Shown here piece by piece: positions 40,235 through 48,631 of a stretch of DNA of 64,000 nucleotides; position 1 is the first letter of the stretch, and each line of letters opens with the position of its first letter. The stretch covers positions 1,923,437 to 1,987,436 of the forward strand of contig OZ240221.1 of NCBI GenBank assembly GCA_965197675.1, read 5' to 3'. A program made the position numbers and the translations under genes. Origin of the DNA: Dehalococcoidia bacterium. GTDB taxonomy: Bacteria > Chloroflexota > Dehalococcoidia > Plut-88900. Under the pieces are notes generated by a model. It was given only the letters and a program-made list of their open reading frames with translations. It was not told the origin of the DNA and did not search any database.

Positions 40235-41086
40235 ATGGCAAAGCCAAAATGGGACTCGGGACTTCAAGAGATAGCGAAGGGAGTTTTCGCCTACGTTCAC
40301 GACGAGGCCAGATGGGACAAGTGCAATTCCGGCTTCATCGTGGGCGAAGATGGGGTGATGGTCATAGACGCCATGATGGTTGAGAGCATGGTGCGACCCT
40401 ATTTGGAAGTTATTCGCAAGGTCACCAGCAAACCGGTTCGATACGTGGTGAACACACATCACCACGTAGACCATAGCTTTGGCAACCAGTTCTACGATAA
40501 CCCTGAGATAATATCCCACAGCCGCTGTCGCGAAGCCATGTTGAACGTAGACATCGCTGCATACCAGAAGCAGCGACCCGAATATTCGGAGGATTGGCCT
40601 AAAATCCAACTTACTCCCGCCACTGTCACTTATGAGGGCAAGATGGTCGTTCACTTGGGTGATCGTATAGTCGAGCTACTGCATCCGGGAGCGGCGCATA
40701 CCTACGGAGACACATTGATATTTCTGCCCGAGGAAAGGGTGCTGTTTACGGGTGACGTTGCCTTCCATTACTTGATTCCTATGGCCAGGGACGGTCACGT
40801 GAGCAACTGGATACGGGTAGCGCGGCGACTCATCAATCACATGGACGCCAAGACTATAATGCCGGGTCATGGGCCGGTAGGTGACAAGACCGCTATCATC
40901 AAAACCCTAAATTACCTACAGCTGTTGAGGCGGACCTGCAGGTCATACTTCCGGCAAGGTGCGGGTGAAGAGGATGCCGAAGTAGCGATGCACGTCGATG
41001 AATACGAAGACTGGGCTGAGCCCTGGCGGGTCAAGATAAATGTGGAGCGTATGTACAAAGAGCTTCGGGGGGAGCTGCCTAGGTAG
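40235..41086 (+). CDS. MBL-fold metallo-hydrolase
   Basis: HxHxDH motif (NTHHHVDHSFG). Confidence 0.7.
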   Translation: MAKPKWDSGLQEIAKGVFAYVHDEARWDKCNSGFIVGEDGVMVIDAMMVESMVRPYLEVIRKVTSKPVRYVVNTHHHVDHSFGNQFYDNPEIISHSRCREAMLNVDIAAYQKQRPEYSEDWPKIQLTPATVTYEGKMVVHLGDRIVELLHPGAAHTYGDTLIFLPEERVLFTGDVAFHYLIPMARDGHVSNWIRVARRLINHMDAKTIMPGHGPVGDKTAIIKTLNYLQLLRRTCRSYFRQGAGEEDAEVAMHVDEYEDWAEPWRVKINVERMYKELRGELPR

Positions 41087-41227
41087 TCTGTGATTGGTCA
41101 TTAGTAAAATCTCTTCTCAGGCAGGTCTACCCATCGCTGAAATCAGGAGCTTAAGATACAAGACTACTTCGCCGCATGGAACGACGACGGTCTGGCGTGA
41201 AGGCAGGAAAGTAGGTCGCCATTGAGC

Positions 41228-41378
41228 CTGTGTCAGAAAGGCGAACGTGTTGACCCACGCGCCCTGGCAGGTTTTTGTATGTGGGGAGCACATCCCCTAC
41301 TTGGCGGTAGACAGGCCCAGATCCCCCTGCCAGAGGGATGCAGGGCCCTGGATTCCCGTGCTTGACACGGGAATGACG
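41228..41378. repeat. intergenic modular repeat element including the hairpin ATTCCCGTG-CTTGA-CACGGGAAT (41352..41374)
   Basis: Same C/B/palindrome/hairpin modules as the other loci. Sits just 3' of the serS stop. Confidence 0.65.
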
Positions 41379-41398
41379 GGTGGAGTCACCACTAGGCC

Positions 41399-42661
41399 CT
41401 AGTCTACGACGTCGAATTTGGTGTAGGGACGCAGGACCTCCGGCACGATGACAGTGCCATCGCTTTGCTGGTAGTTCTCCAGAATGGATATCATTACCCT
41501 GGGCAGGGCAAGGCCAGAGCCATTTAGGGTGTGCACGAATTGGGGGGAAGCGTCCTTCTCAGTTCGATAGCGAATGTTGGAGCGGCGCGCCTGGAAATCT
41601 GTGCAATCGCTGCAAGAGCTGACCTCAAGCCACTCTTGTAGGCCTGGCGCCCACATCTCTAAGTCGTAGGACTTGGCCGAGGGAAAGCCCAGATCTCCCG
41701 CGCAAAGCTGCAGCACCCTATAGGGAATGTTCAGTCCCTGGATTACAGCCTCGGCGTCGGCCACCATTCTAGATAACTCATGGTCAGAGGACTCAGGCTC
41801 TACCAGCTTGTACATCTCCACTTTGTCGAACTGGTGCCCTCGTTTGATTCCTCTCGTGTCCCGGCCTGCCGACATCTTCTCTCTTCTGAAGCAGGGTGTG
41901 TATGCGACGTAGTTTAGGGGCAGGGTATGGGGGGGCAATATCTCGTCACGGTGAAGGTTGGTCAGAGGAACCTCCGCGGTAGGGATCAACCACAGGTCGT
42001 CCTCCTCATCGTGGTAGAGGTTGTCGCCGAACTTGGGCAGGTTGCCGCTTCCTATCATGGTCTCCTGCTTGACCAGGAAGGGAAGATAGGTTTCCTGGTA
42101 GCCGTGCTTCTGGACGTGAAGGTCCATCATCCAATTGATGAGGGCTCGCTGGAGGCGGGCACCCTGTCCTTTGAGGACGTAGAAGCGAGAGCCGGAAATC
42201 TTGACTCCCCTATCGAAGTCGAGGATGCCCAACCTCTCACCGAGCTCCCAATGAGGGAGGTGATTGAAGTCCAAGGAAGTAGGCTCGTGCCAGCTTTTGA
42301 CTATCAGGTTGCCGGATTCGTCTGCCCCGTCTGGCACGTCATCTCTGGGGATGTTGGGCAGGGTGAGAAGAGCGGCCTCCAGGTCGGCCTCTATGATCTT
42401 GAGGTCATCTTCCAGGGCCTTGATCTCGTCGCCCACCTGACGCATTTCGGCGATGACCTCTGGGGGCTTATCCTTCATCTTGGAGAGCTGTTTGCTGACT
42501 TGATTCCGACGAGCCCGCAGGGCCTCAGACTCGGACAAGATGCTGCGACGACGCTGGTCCAGGTGGAGAATCTGGTCCAGGGGGGCATCGTCTTCGCCGC
42601 GTCGGGACAGGGCCTCTCGCACGACCTGGGTATTATCTCGGATAAGCTGCAGGGATAGCAT
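41399..42661 (-). CDS. serS: serine--tRNA ligase
   Basis: N-terminal coiled-coil arm plus a class II core. Confidence 0.9.
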   Translation of the reverse strand: MLSLQLIRDNTQVVREALSRRGEDDAPLDQILHLDQRRRSILSESEALRARRNQVSKQLSKMKDKPPEVIAEMRQVGDEIKALEDDLKIIEADLEAALLTLPNIPRDDVPDGADESGNLIVKSWHEPTSLDFNHLPHWELGERLGILDFDRGVKISGSRFYVLKGQGARLQRALINWMMDLHVQKHGYQETYLPFLVKQETMIGSGNLPKFGDNLYHDEEDDLWLIPTAEVPLTNLHRDEILPPHTLPLNYVAYTPCFRREKMSAGRDTRGIKRGHQFDKVEMYKLVEPESSDHELSRMVADAEAVIQGLNIPYRVLQLCAGDLGFPSAKSYDLEMWAPGLQEWLEVSSCSDCTDFQARRSNIRYRTEKDASPQFVHTLNGSGLALPRVMISILENYQQSDGTVIVPEVLRPYTKFDVVD

Positions 42662-42684
42662 GGTTATTTAGGCAGATGTGTCAT

Positions 42685-43065
42685 CCTTCGACAAGCTCAG
42701 GATGAGCGTGCTGTGACCCTCTCTTGGATTCTCGCTCACTTCCTTCCCTTCGACTATGCTCAGGGTAAACTACAAGCACAGGATGAACGTGGGAACTTGA
42801 TTGTCTTTTCTGTTTAGCTTTGAAACTTGATTGAATTTTCTGGTTCACGTTCAAACTTGATTGAGTTATAAAAAAAGTTTTAATTTCGGGGTTTCCCAGG
42901 CACGGAGATCCAGCTTTTTTTGATTGAGTTTTTCACGGCCACTTTTCATATTCTTCACCCTTCGACAAGCTCAGGATGAGCGTGCTGTGACCCTCCCCTG
43001 GATTCTTGCTTACTTCCTTCCCTTCGACTACGCTCAGGGTAAACTACAAGCACAGGATGAGCGTT
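42685..43065. repeat. two 106-bp direct repeats (42685..42790 and 42958..43065, about 92% identical) flanking an AT-rich segment with four iterated AACTTGATTGA-like motifs
   Basis: Read directly. The motifs occur at about 42795, 42825, 42854 and 42920. Confidence 0.7.
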
Positions 43066-43164
43066 GAGATTGACAAGCCCAGGACGACAGGTTGGATGGT
43101 CATACACAGTATATGCCAGACTAGAGTAACAAGGTAAGAGGTTAGCGGCACTTTGTCTGTCTGT

Positions 43165-44082
43165 TCAGGCAGGCAGACATGACAATGTGGGAGTTAGCTC
43201 TTTGATCCTCTTTTCGGCGAGGCGCACGTAGCTTTCGTTGATTTCGTAGCCTATGTAGTTGCGGTTGGTCTTCAGGGCGGTGAGGCAGGTGGTGCCGCTG
43301 CCCAGGAAGGGGTCTAGCACCACCTCTCCTTCGAAGGTATACAGCTGTATCAATCGATAAGGCAGGTCCACGGGGAAGGGGGCGGGGTGTCCCACCCTCC
43401 GGGCTGCCTCTGCAGGAAAGCTCCAGACGCTCTTGGTGAACTCCAGAAACTCATCCCTGGTTATGGTGCTGTTTCTGGGTTCAGGGGGCTTTCTTTGGAA
43501 ACTCTGCTTGCAAAATATGAGAATGTACTCGTGGGTGTCCCTGAGGGTGGGGTTGGACGCAGACTGCCAGCTGCCCCACGCAGTGGATGCACTGGAGCTG
43601 GCCCCCTTGTCCCAGATGATCTCGCCCCGCATGAGAAAACCTATTTCCAGAGCATCTTCTATGACGTGGGCATGGAGTGGAACGTAGGGCTTCCTGCCCA
43701 GATTGGCCAGGTTGACACAGGCCCTGCCTCCTGGCACCAGAACTCTGTAGACCTCAGCCAGCACGGTGGACAAGAGGGTCCTGTAGTCCGGCAGGGAGAG
43801 GTCCTGGTCATATTCCTTGCCTACGTTGTAGGGCGGTGAGGTAACCATCAGGTGGACGCTGTTATCAGGCAACTCATGCATCTCTTGGCTGCTCTTGCAC
43901 AAAATTCTGTCTAAAAGAGAGGGGTCAATGGGATTCTCCATGTGCTCGACGCGCCTGCCTGAACAGACGGGTTTCTGGCCCGTCAAGCCTTCGTAGAGCT
44001 TGCTTCTGTAGAACTGTGAGGAGTCGTGGCCTATTCTGCCAGGCGCTCCGAAGGCGCTGGTCTTGGTGGATTTTCTCTTCAT
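43165..44082 (-). CDS. DNA methyltransferase, N4/N6 class (PF01555-like; SPPY catalytic motif, C-terminal FxGxG AdoMet motif); apparently orphan
   Basis: MVTSPPYN and DPFLGSGTT motifs. The start overlaps the lysS stop as ATGA. Confidence 0.75.
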   Translation of the reverse strand: MKRKSTKTSAFGAPGRIGHDSSQFYRSKLYEGLTGQKPVCSGRRVEHMENPIDPSLLDRILCKSSQEMHELPDNSVHLMVTSPPYNVGKEYDQDLSLPDYRTLLSTVLAEVYRVLVPGGRACVNLANLGRKPYVPLHAHVIEDALEIGFLMRGEIIWDKGASSSASTAWGSWQSASNPTLRDTHEYILIFCKQSFQRKPPEPRNSTITRDEFLEFTKSVWSFPAEAARRVGHPAPFPVDLPYRLIQLYTFEGEVVLDPFLGSGTTCLTALKTNRNYIGYEINESYVRLAEKRIKELTPTLSCLPA

Positions 44083-45578
44083 GGGGTGGATTTATCGAGG
44101 GTGCGGAGTTGGGGGAACAGAATGACTTCTCTTATGGACTGCTGATTGGTGAAGAGCATGACCAAGCGGTCTACACCCATGCCCAACCCACCGGTAGGGG
44201 GCATGCCGTGCTCGATGGCCAGGAGGAAGTCTTCATCCAGCCGGTCCACGTCTTCATCGCCGTACTCCGATCGCTGCCGCTCCTGTTCCTCCAATCGCTG
44301 CCGCTGGTCTATAGGGTCGTTGAGCTCAGTGAAGGCGTTGGCTATCTCCATGCCTCCAGCGTATCCCTCGAAGCGCTCGACGAATCGAGGGTCATCCGGC
44401 TTCTTCTTGGCAAGAGGGGACATCTCCACTGGATACTCCATGAGGAAAGTGGGCTGAATGAGGGTCGGCTCCACGAATTGAGACAGCAGCTTGTCATACA
44501 GCTGGGATGGGCTCAGACCGGCTGCACCAACGCCCAAAGAGGAGACCTCCCGACGAAGAACTTCCAGGTCTTCGTATCTCGCGTCGGCTATGTCGATCCG
44601 ACTCTTCTCGAGAAGCGCATCACGCAGGGTAATCCGACGCCAGGGCGGTGTGAAGTCGATGGTGTGCTGTCCGTAGGTGACTTGGTAAGTACTCAACACT
44701 TGCTGGGCCATGGAGGCCATCATCTCCTCTACCATATTCATAACGTCGTGGTAGTCGGCGTAGGCTTCGTAGCTTTCCATGGTCGTGAATTCGGGGTTGT
44801 GCTTGGTGGAGACGCCCTCGTTGCGAAAGACTCGCCCGATCTCGTAGACCTTGTCCATACCACCGACGACCAATCTCTTGAGGTGAAGCTCGGTGGCGAT
44901 GCGAAGATAAAGCTCCCTATTCAGGGCGTGATGTTGGGTGGAGAAGGGGCGAGCCATGGCGCCCGCTGCGATGGGAAGGAGCATGGAGGTCTCGACCTCG
45001 ACGAAGCCACGAGAGTCCAAGAATCGACGCATTGCTGAGACCATCCGGCTGCGGATAGTGAAGATTCGTCTCGCCTCTTCGTTGGCTATGAGGTCGATGT
45101 ATCTGTGTCGGTACCTCTTCTCTACGTCGGTGAGGCCGTGCCACTTCTCTGGCAGCGGCCTCAGAGATTTAGCCAGCATCATTAAACTTTCGGCTCGGAC
45201 GGTAACCTCCCCGGCGCGGGTCTTGAAGAGGGGCCCTTTGACGCCAAGGCTATCGCCCACATCCAGCTCTTTGAGAGTGGACAGATGCTGGGGGGAGAGG
45301 CCCTTAGTTGCGGCGTAGATCTGGATCTTGCCGGTACTGTCTCGAAGGTCGGCGAAGGTTACTTTCCCCATTGGGCGCATTCCGACAACTCGCCCGGCTA
45401 GGGATACCTTCCTGATTGGAGTCTTGCCGGCCTCTTCGTTCCGCTTGAAAAGAGAAACCGCCTTTTCGATGGTGTGGGTTCGGCGGTAACGCGGGGGGTA
45501 GGGGTCAATTCCCTGTGCACGCAGTCTATCGACTTTGTTGAGACGTTGCCGATAGATATCTTCTCCTCTTTCGGCCAT
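44079..45578 (-). CDS. lysS: lysine--tRNA ligase (class II)
   Basis: OB-fold N-terminus plus class II motifs. 499 aa. Confidence 0.9.
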   Translation of the reverse strand: MAERGEDIYRQRLNKVDRLRAQGIDPYPPRYRRTHTIEKAVSLFKRNEEAGKTPIRKVSLAGRVVGMRPMGKVTFADLRDSTGKIQIYAATKGLSPQHLSTLKELDVGDSLGVKGPLFKTRAGEVTVRAESLMMLAKSLRPLPEKWHGLTDVEKRYRHRYIDLIANEEARRIFTIRSRMVSAMRRFLDSRGFVEVETSMLLPIAAGAMARPFSTQHHALNRELYLRIATELHLKRLVVGGMDKVYEIGRVFRNEGVSTKHNPEFTTMESYEAYADYHDVMNMVEEMMASMAQQVLSTYQVTYGQHTIDFTPPWRRITLRDALLEKSRIDIADARYEDLEVLRREVSSLGVGAAGLSPSQLYDKLLSQFVEPTLIQPTFLMEYPVEMSPLAKKKPDDPRFVERFEGYAGGMEIANAFTELNDPIDQRQRLEEQERQRSEYGDEDVDRLDEDFLLAIEHGMPPTGGLGMGVDRLVMLFTNQQSIREVILFPQLRTLDKSTP

Positions 45579-45618
45579 GGGAATTATTTCTAAGTAGACC
45601 CGCGATGAGTAGGTTTGG

Positions 45619-46089
45619 TCACTTGATATCTATTATAGACAGCTTGAGGAGGCCGCCGGGGACTTCCACCTCTACTGAGTCGCGCACCTTTTTCCCCAGC
45701 AAGGCCATGGCTACGGGGCTTTCGTTGGAGATCCTTCCAGCTTTTGGGTCGGCTTCGGCAACACCTACTATGGTGTATTGCACTAAATCGCCGGTTTTCT
45801 CTTGCACCGTAACACACGAACCTACCTCCACCTTGCCGGAGGTGGTCTTTTCGTCTGGAATGATGGAGGCATTGCCTATCATGTTCTCCAGGGTGAGAAT
45901 GCGGCCTTCCACAAAGGCTTGTTCGTTTTTCGCGTCATCGTACTCGGCGTTGTTGACTGTGCCTCCAAGCTCCTTGGCTCTGAGGATCCGGTCAGCACCC
46001 TCCTGACGCCTGACCGTTCGAAGGTGTTCCAACTCTTCCTTCAAGTGGGCCAGGCCATCGCTAGTGAAATAGAACTGCTTCTGAGGCAT
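45619..46089 (-). CDS. greA: transcription elongation factor GreA
   Basis: GreA coiled-coil plus an FKBP-like C-terminus. Confidence 0.85.
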   Translation of the reverse strand: MPQKQFYFTSDGLAHLKEELEHLRTVRRQEGADRILRAKELGGTVNNAEYDDAKNEQAFVEGRILTLENMIGNASIIPDEKTTSGKVEVGSCVTVQEKTGDLVQYTIVGVAEADPKAGRISNESPVAMALLGKKVRDSVEVEVPGGLLKLSIIDIK

Positions 46090-46224
46090 GATGACATAGG
46101 ATGGAAATAAAGAAAATAGCCCCTTACATAAGGAGCTTAAAATCCTGCCTAATTATAAAGAGTTACTATAGTAAAGTAAAGGTGGTTGTGCTAGATTCTT
46201 CGCCTCACCTCTTCCCTGGATTTC

Positions 46225-46735
46225 CGCTCATGTCCTTCGACAAGCTCAGGATGAGCGGGGGTCTCCTCTCTCTTGGATTCCCGTGTCAAGACACGGGAAT
46301 GATGGGTGGGGTAGGGAGAAGGGACTGCCCCCTCTTCCTGATGGGCTTGTCTCAGAAAGGCGAACGTCTTTTATCCCACCCTCCCGCCCTGGTAGGTTGT
46401 TAGAAGTCGAGGGGGCACCCCTCGAGCACCCCGCCAGAGGGAACCATCCCTCTGGACCCTCTCCGCTGGGGATTCTTGGACAAGCCTCTCTTGGATTCCC
46501 GTGCTTGGCACGGGAATGACGGGAAAGAAGGTTGGGGTACCCTTCCCTTCGACTATGCTCAGGGTAAACTTTAAGCTAAGGGTGAGTGGAGACACCTCAA
46601 CCTGTCCCGGTAGGTTTTTGTATGTGGGGGCACATCTCCCAACCCCCCCTGCCAGAGGGAGGTATGTCCCTGCCTGCGCCTCGTTCGGCGCGCTTGTCTG
46701 TCCGCAGGCAGGCCTCTGGACACCCTCTGAATGAG
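46225..46735. repeat. cluster of modular intergenic repeats (two hairpin copies at 46277..46300 and 46495..46517) in the greA/rsmD divergent region
   Basis: Modules FDKLRMSG-coding, C, B and palindromes present. Confidence 0.65.
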
Positions 46736-46835
46736 ATCGGACGTGATGCAATATAATCTGCTGCGGTTGCCACTGGAGTAAAACCTGCTTAGAATGGTTG
46801 TGCCGAGTTGATGACCACGCTGGCAGAAGTGAATC

Positions 46836-47396
46836 TTGACTATGAGAGTAATTTCAGGCACAGGCAAAGGGCGAAAGCTGAGGTACCCTCGCGGGTCAAC
46901 GTTAAGGCCCAGCTCTGGAAAGGTGCGCAGCGCGATTTTCTCGATGCTGGGGTCGGCGGGGGCCGACATGGGTAAAGTTTTGGATCTCTATGCCGGCACC
47001 GGCTCTTTCGGAATCGAGGCTTTGAGCAGGGGGGCGGGATGGGTAGACTTTGTGGAGAAGGACCATCGCCACTGTTCGGCCATCAGGTCCAACCTGGGCC
47101 TGATAGAGATGGAGGATGCAGCACAAGTTTATCGTCAGTCGGTGGAGAGTGCTTTGGAATCGTTGCAGGATGCTTATGGAGTGGTTTTCCTTGACCCTCC
47201 GTATTCCGAGGAGGGCCTCGATTGCGTTATGGAGAAACTGACCAACTCGCCTGCGACAGGAGAAGGGACGATCGTAGTCGTGGAACACTCAAGACGCCGA
47301 GCGTTGACAGACTCCTATGGTAAGTTCGGTTTGGTGAAGACCCGCCGCTATGGTGAAACAATGGTCTCCATGTATCAGCAGGAGGTGATCTCTTGA
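46836..47396 (+). CDS. rsmD: 16S rRNA (guanine966-N2)-methyltransferase RsmD
   Basis: LDLYAGTGSFGIEALSRGA and DPPY motifs. TTG start. Confidence 0.75.
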   Translation: MTMRVISGTGKGRKLRYPRGSTLRPSSGKVRSAIFSMLGSAGADMGKVLDLYAGTGSFGIEALSRGAGWVDFVEKDHRHCSAIRSNLGLIEMEDAAQVYRQSVESALESLQDAYGVVFLDPPYSEEGLDCVMEKLTNSPATGEGTIVVVEHSRRRALTDSYGKFGLVKTRRYGETMVSMYQQEVIS

Positions 47397-47878
47397 CTAT
47401 AGCCCTCTATCCGGGGAGCTTCGACCCCGTAACCTATGGACACTTGGATATAGCCAAGAGGGCCGCGACTCTGTTTGAGGGGTTGGCGATTGGGGTGTAC
47501 GCTACTCCTGACAAACGCTTGCTTTTCAACACTGAGGAGCGTGTAGGCTTGCTGGTAGAAGCCACCAAGGACATCTCCAACATCAAAGTATTGACCTACA
47601 CAGGGCTGACTGTGGACTGCGCGCGTCAACTGGGTGCACAGGTGATGATACGGGGGCTGAGGATGAACTCTGACTTCGAGCGAGAGTTTGAAATGGCCCT
47701 GATGAACAAGAAGCTGGGTCCGGACATCGAGCTAGTTACGCTAATGAGCAGTCTGGAACACCAGTTTCTGAGCGCGTCTCTACTCAAGGAGGTGGTGAAG
47801 CTGGGGGGTGATCCGAACGCGTTCGTTCCACCTCACGTAGGGGTAGCCCTCACAGATAAGCTGCTGGGCTCCCAGTAG
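47393..47878 (+). CDS. coaD: phosphopantetheine adenylyltransferase
   Basis: YPGSFDPVTYGHLDI N-terminus. Confidence 0.85.
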   Translation: MTIALYPGSFDPVTYGHLDIAKRAATLFEGLAIGVYATPDKRLLFNTEERVGLLVEATKDISNIKVLTYTGLTVDCARQLGAQVMIRGLRMNSDFEREFEMALMNKKLGPDIELVTLMSSLEHQFLSASLLKEVVKLGGDPNAFVPPHVGVALTDKLLGSQ

Positions 47879-47904
47879 CTTTCAGCTTCAATCAGTCCTC
47901 CTCT

Positions 47905-48500
47905 TAGATTCCCCTCCCAGATAGGCAAATAAACCTCGTTGGCGCCCGAGTGAAGGGGCTGGTATCGCTATTGGAAGGGCTTGGCGGTCACCAGGGAGGT
48001 ATGACTATTGGAGCAAGGGGCGGTCTTTCCCACCCGCCCGCCCCGGAAAGTGGCTGTGGGGGCACATTCCCCAGTCAAGCTGAGGACAGGCCCTCTGCCA
48101 GAGGTTGGTTTCCTCTGGACTCCCTCTGCTGGGGATTCTTGGACAAGCCTCTCTTGGATTCCCGTGTCAAGCACGGGAATGACGTGAAAGAAGGGGGCAC
48201 GGAATGATGGGAAAGAGGGGAGCAGGGGAATGACGACATAGGAGGTGAGGGTGCCCTTCCCTTCGACTACGCTTAGGGTAAACTTTAAGCTAAGGGTGAG
48301 CGGAGACACCTCAACCCTGCCCGGTAGGTTTTTGTATGTGGGGCACATTCCTTCGAGAGACTCAGGACAGGCCCCCTGGCAGAGGGGCATCACCCCTTTG
48401 CCAGCTCCTATTGGCAACAAGGCGTCCTTCGTGGGGGGAGGGATGTGTCTACATGAGTGGCAGGGGTGAAGCCTCCAAGCCACAGGCTGCCCCTTCACCA
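47905..48500. repeat. cluster of modular intergenic repeats (hairpin at 48158..48180) between coaD and polA
   Basis: Same modules. Generates the spurious ORF 47968..48501. Confidence 0.65.
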
Positions 48501-48631
48501 ACCCAGGTGGAGAATCCAGTCCCTAGATGCTAATTTTGCTGCGAGTGCGGTGATGTTATAATCACTTGGGAGGATTTTCTCTTCAAACTCTGTTCCTGAT
48601 ATTTCACATGCCTGCCTCGGAAAAAGCTCCG

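Noticed and set aside
39914-40654. 246-aa minus-strand ORF
   Set aside because: It is antisense to the conserved core of the MBL-fold hydrolase gene (40235..41086). It is His/Val-rich with low complexity and no recognisable domain.
42662-43164. T-box riboswitch leader upstream of serS
   Set aside because: The minus strand of this region has no GGGTGG/T-box core and no specifier/antiterminator arrangement.
46371-48501. Long ORFs 46371..46751(-) and 47968..48501(-), and the 52329..52788(-) and 56366..56629(-) ORFs, which share peptides such as SPLTLSLKFTLSIVEGKG and VIPVLDTGIQERLVQESPAEG
   Set aside because: The shared peptides are translations of the interspersed repeat modules. The similarity is at the DNA level, so these are not paralogous proteins.
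48566-48631. N-terminal extension of polA from the track start
   Set aside because: The extension (MGGFSLQTLFLIFHMPASEKAP) runs into the repeat region. The ATG at 48632 gives the canonical PolA N-terminus.
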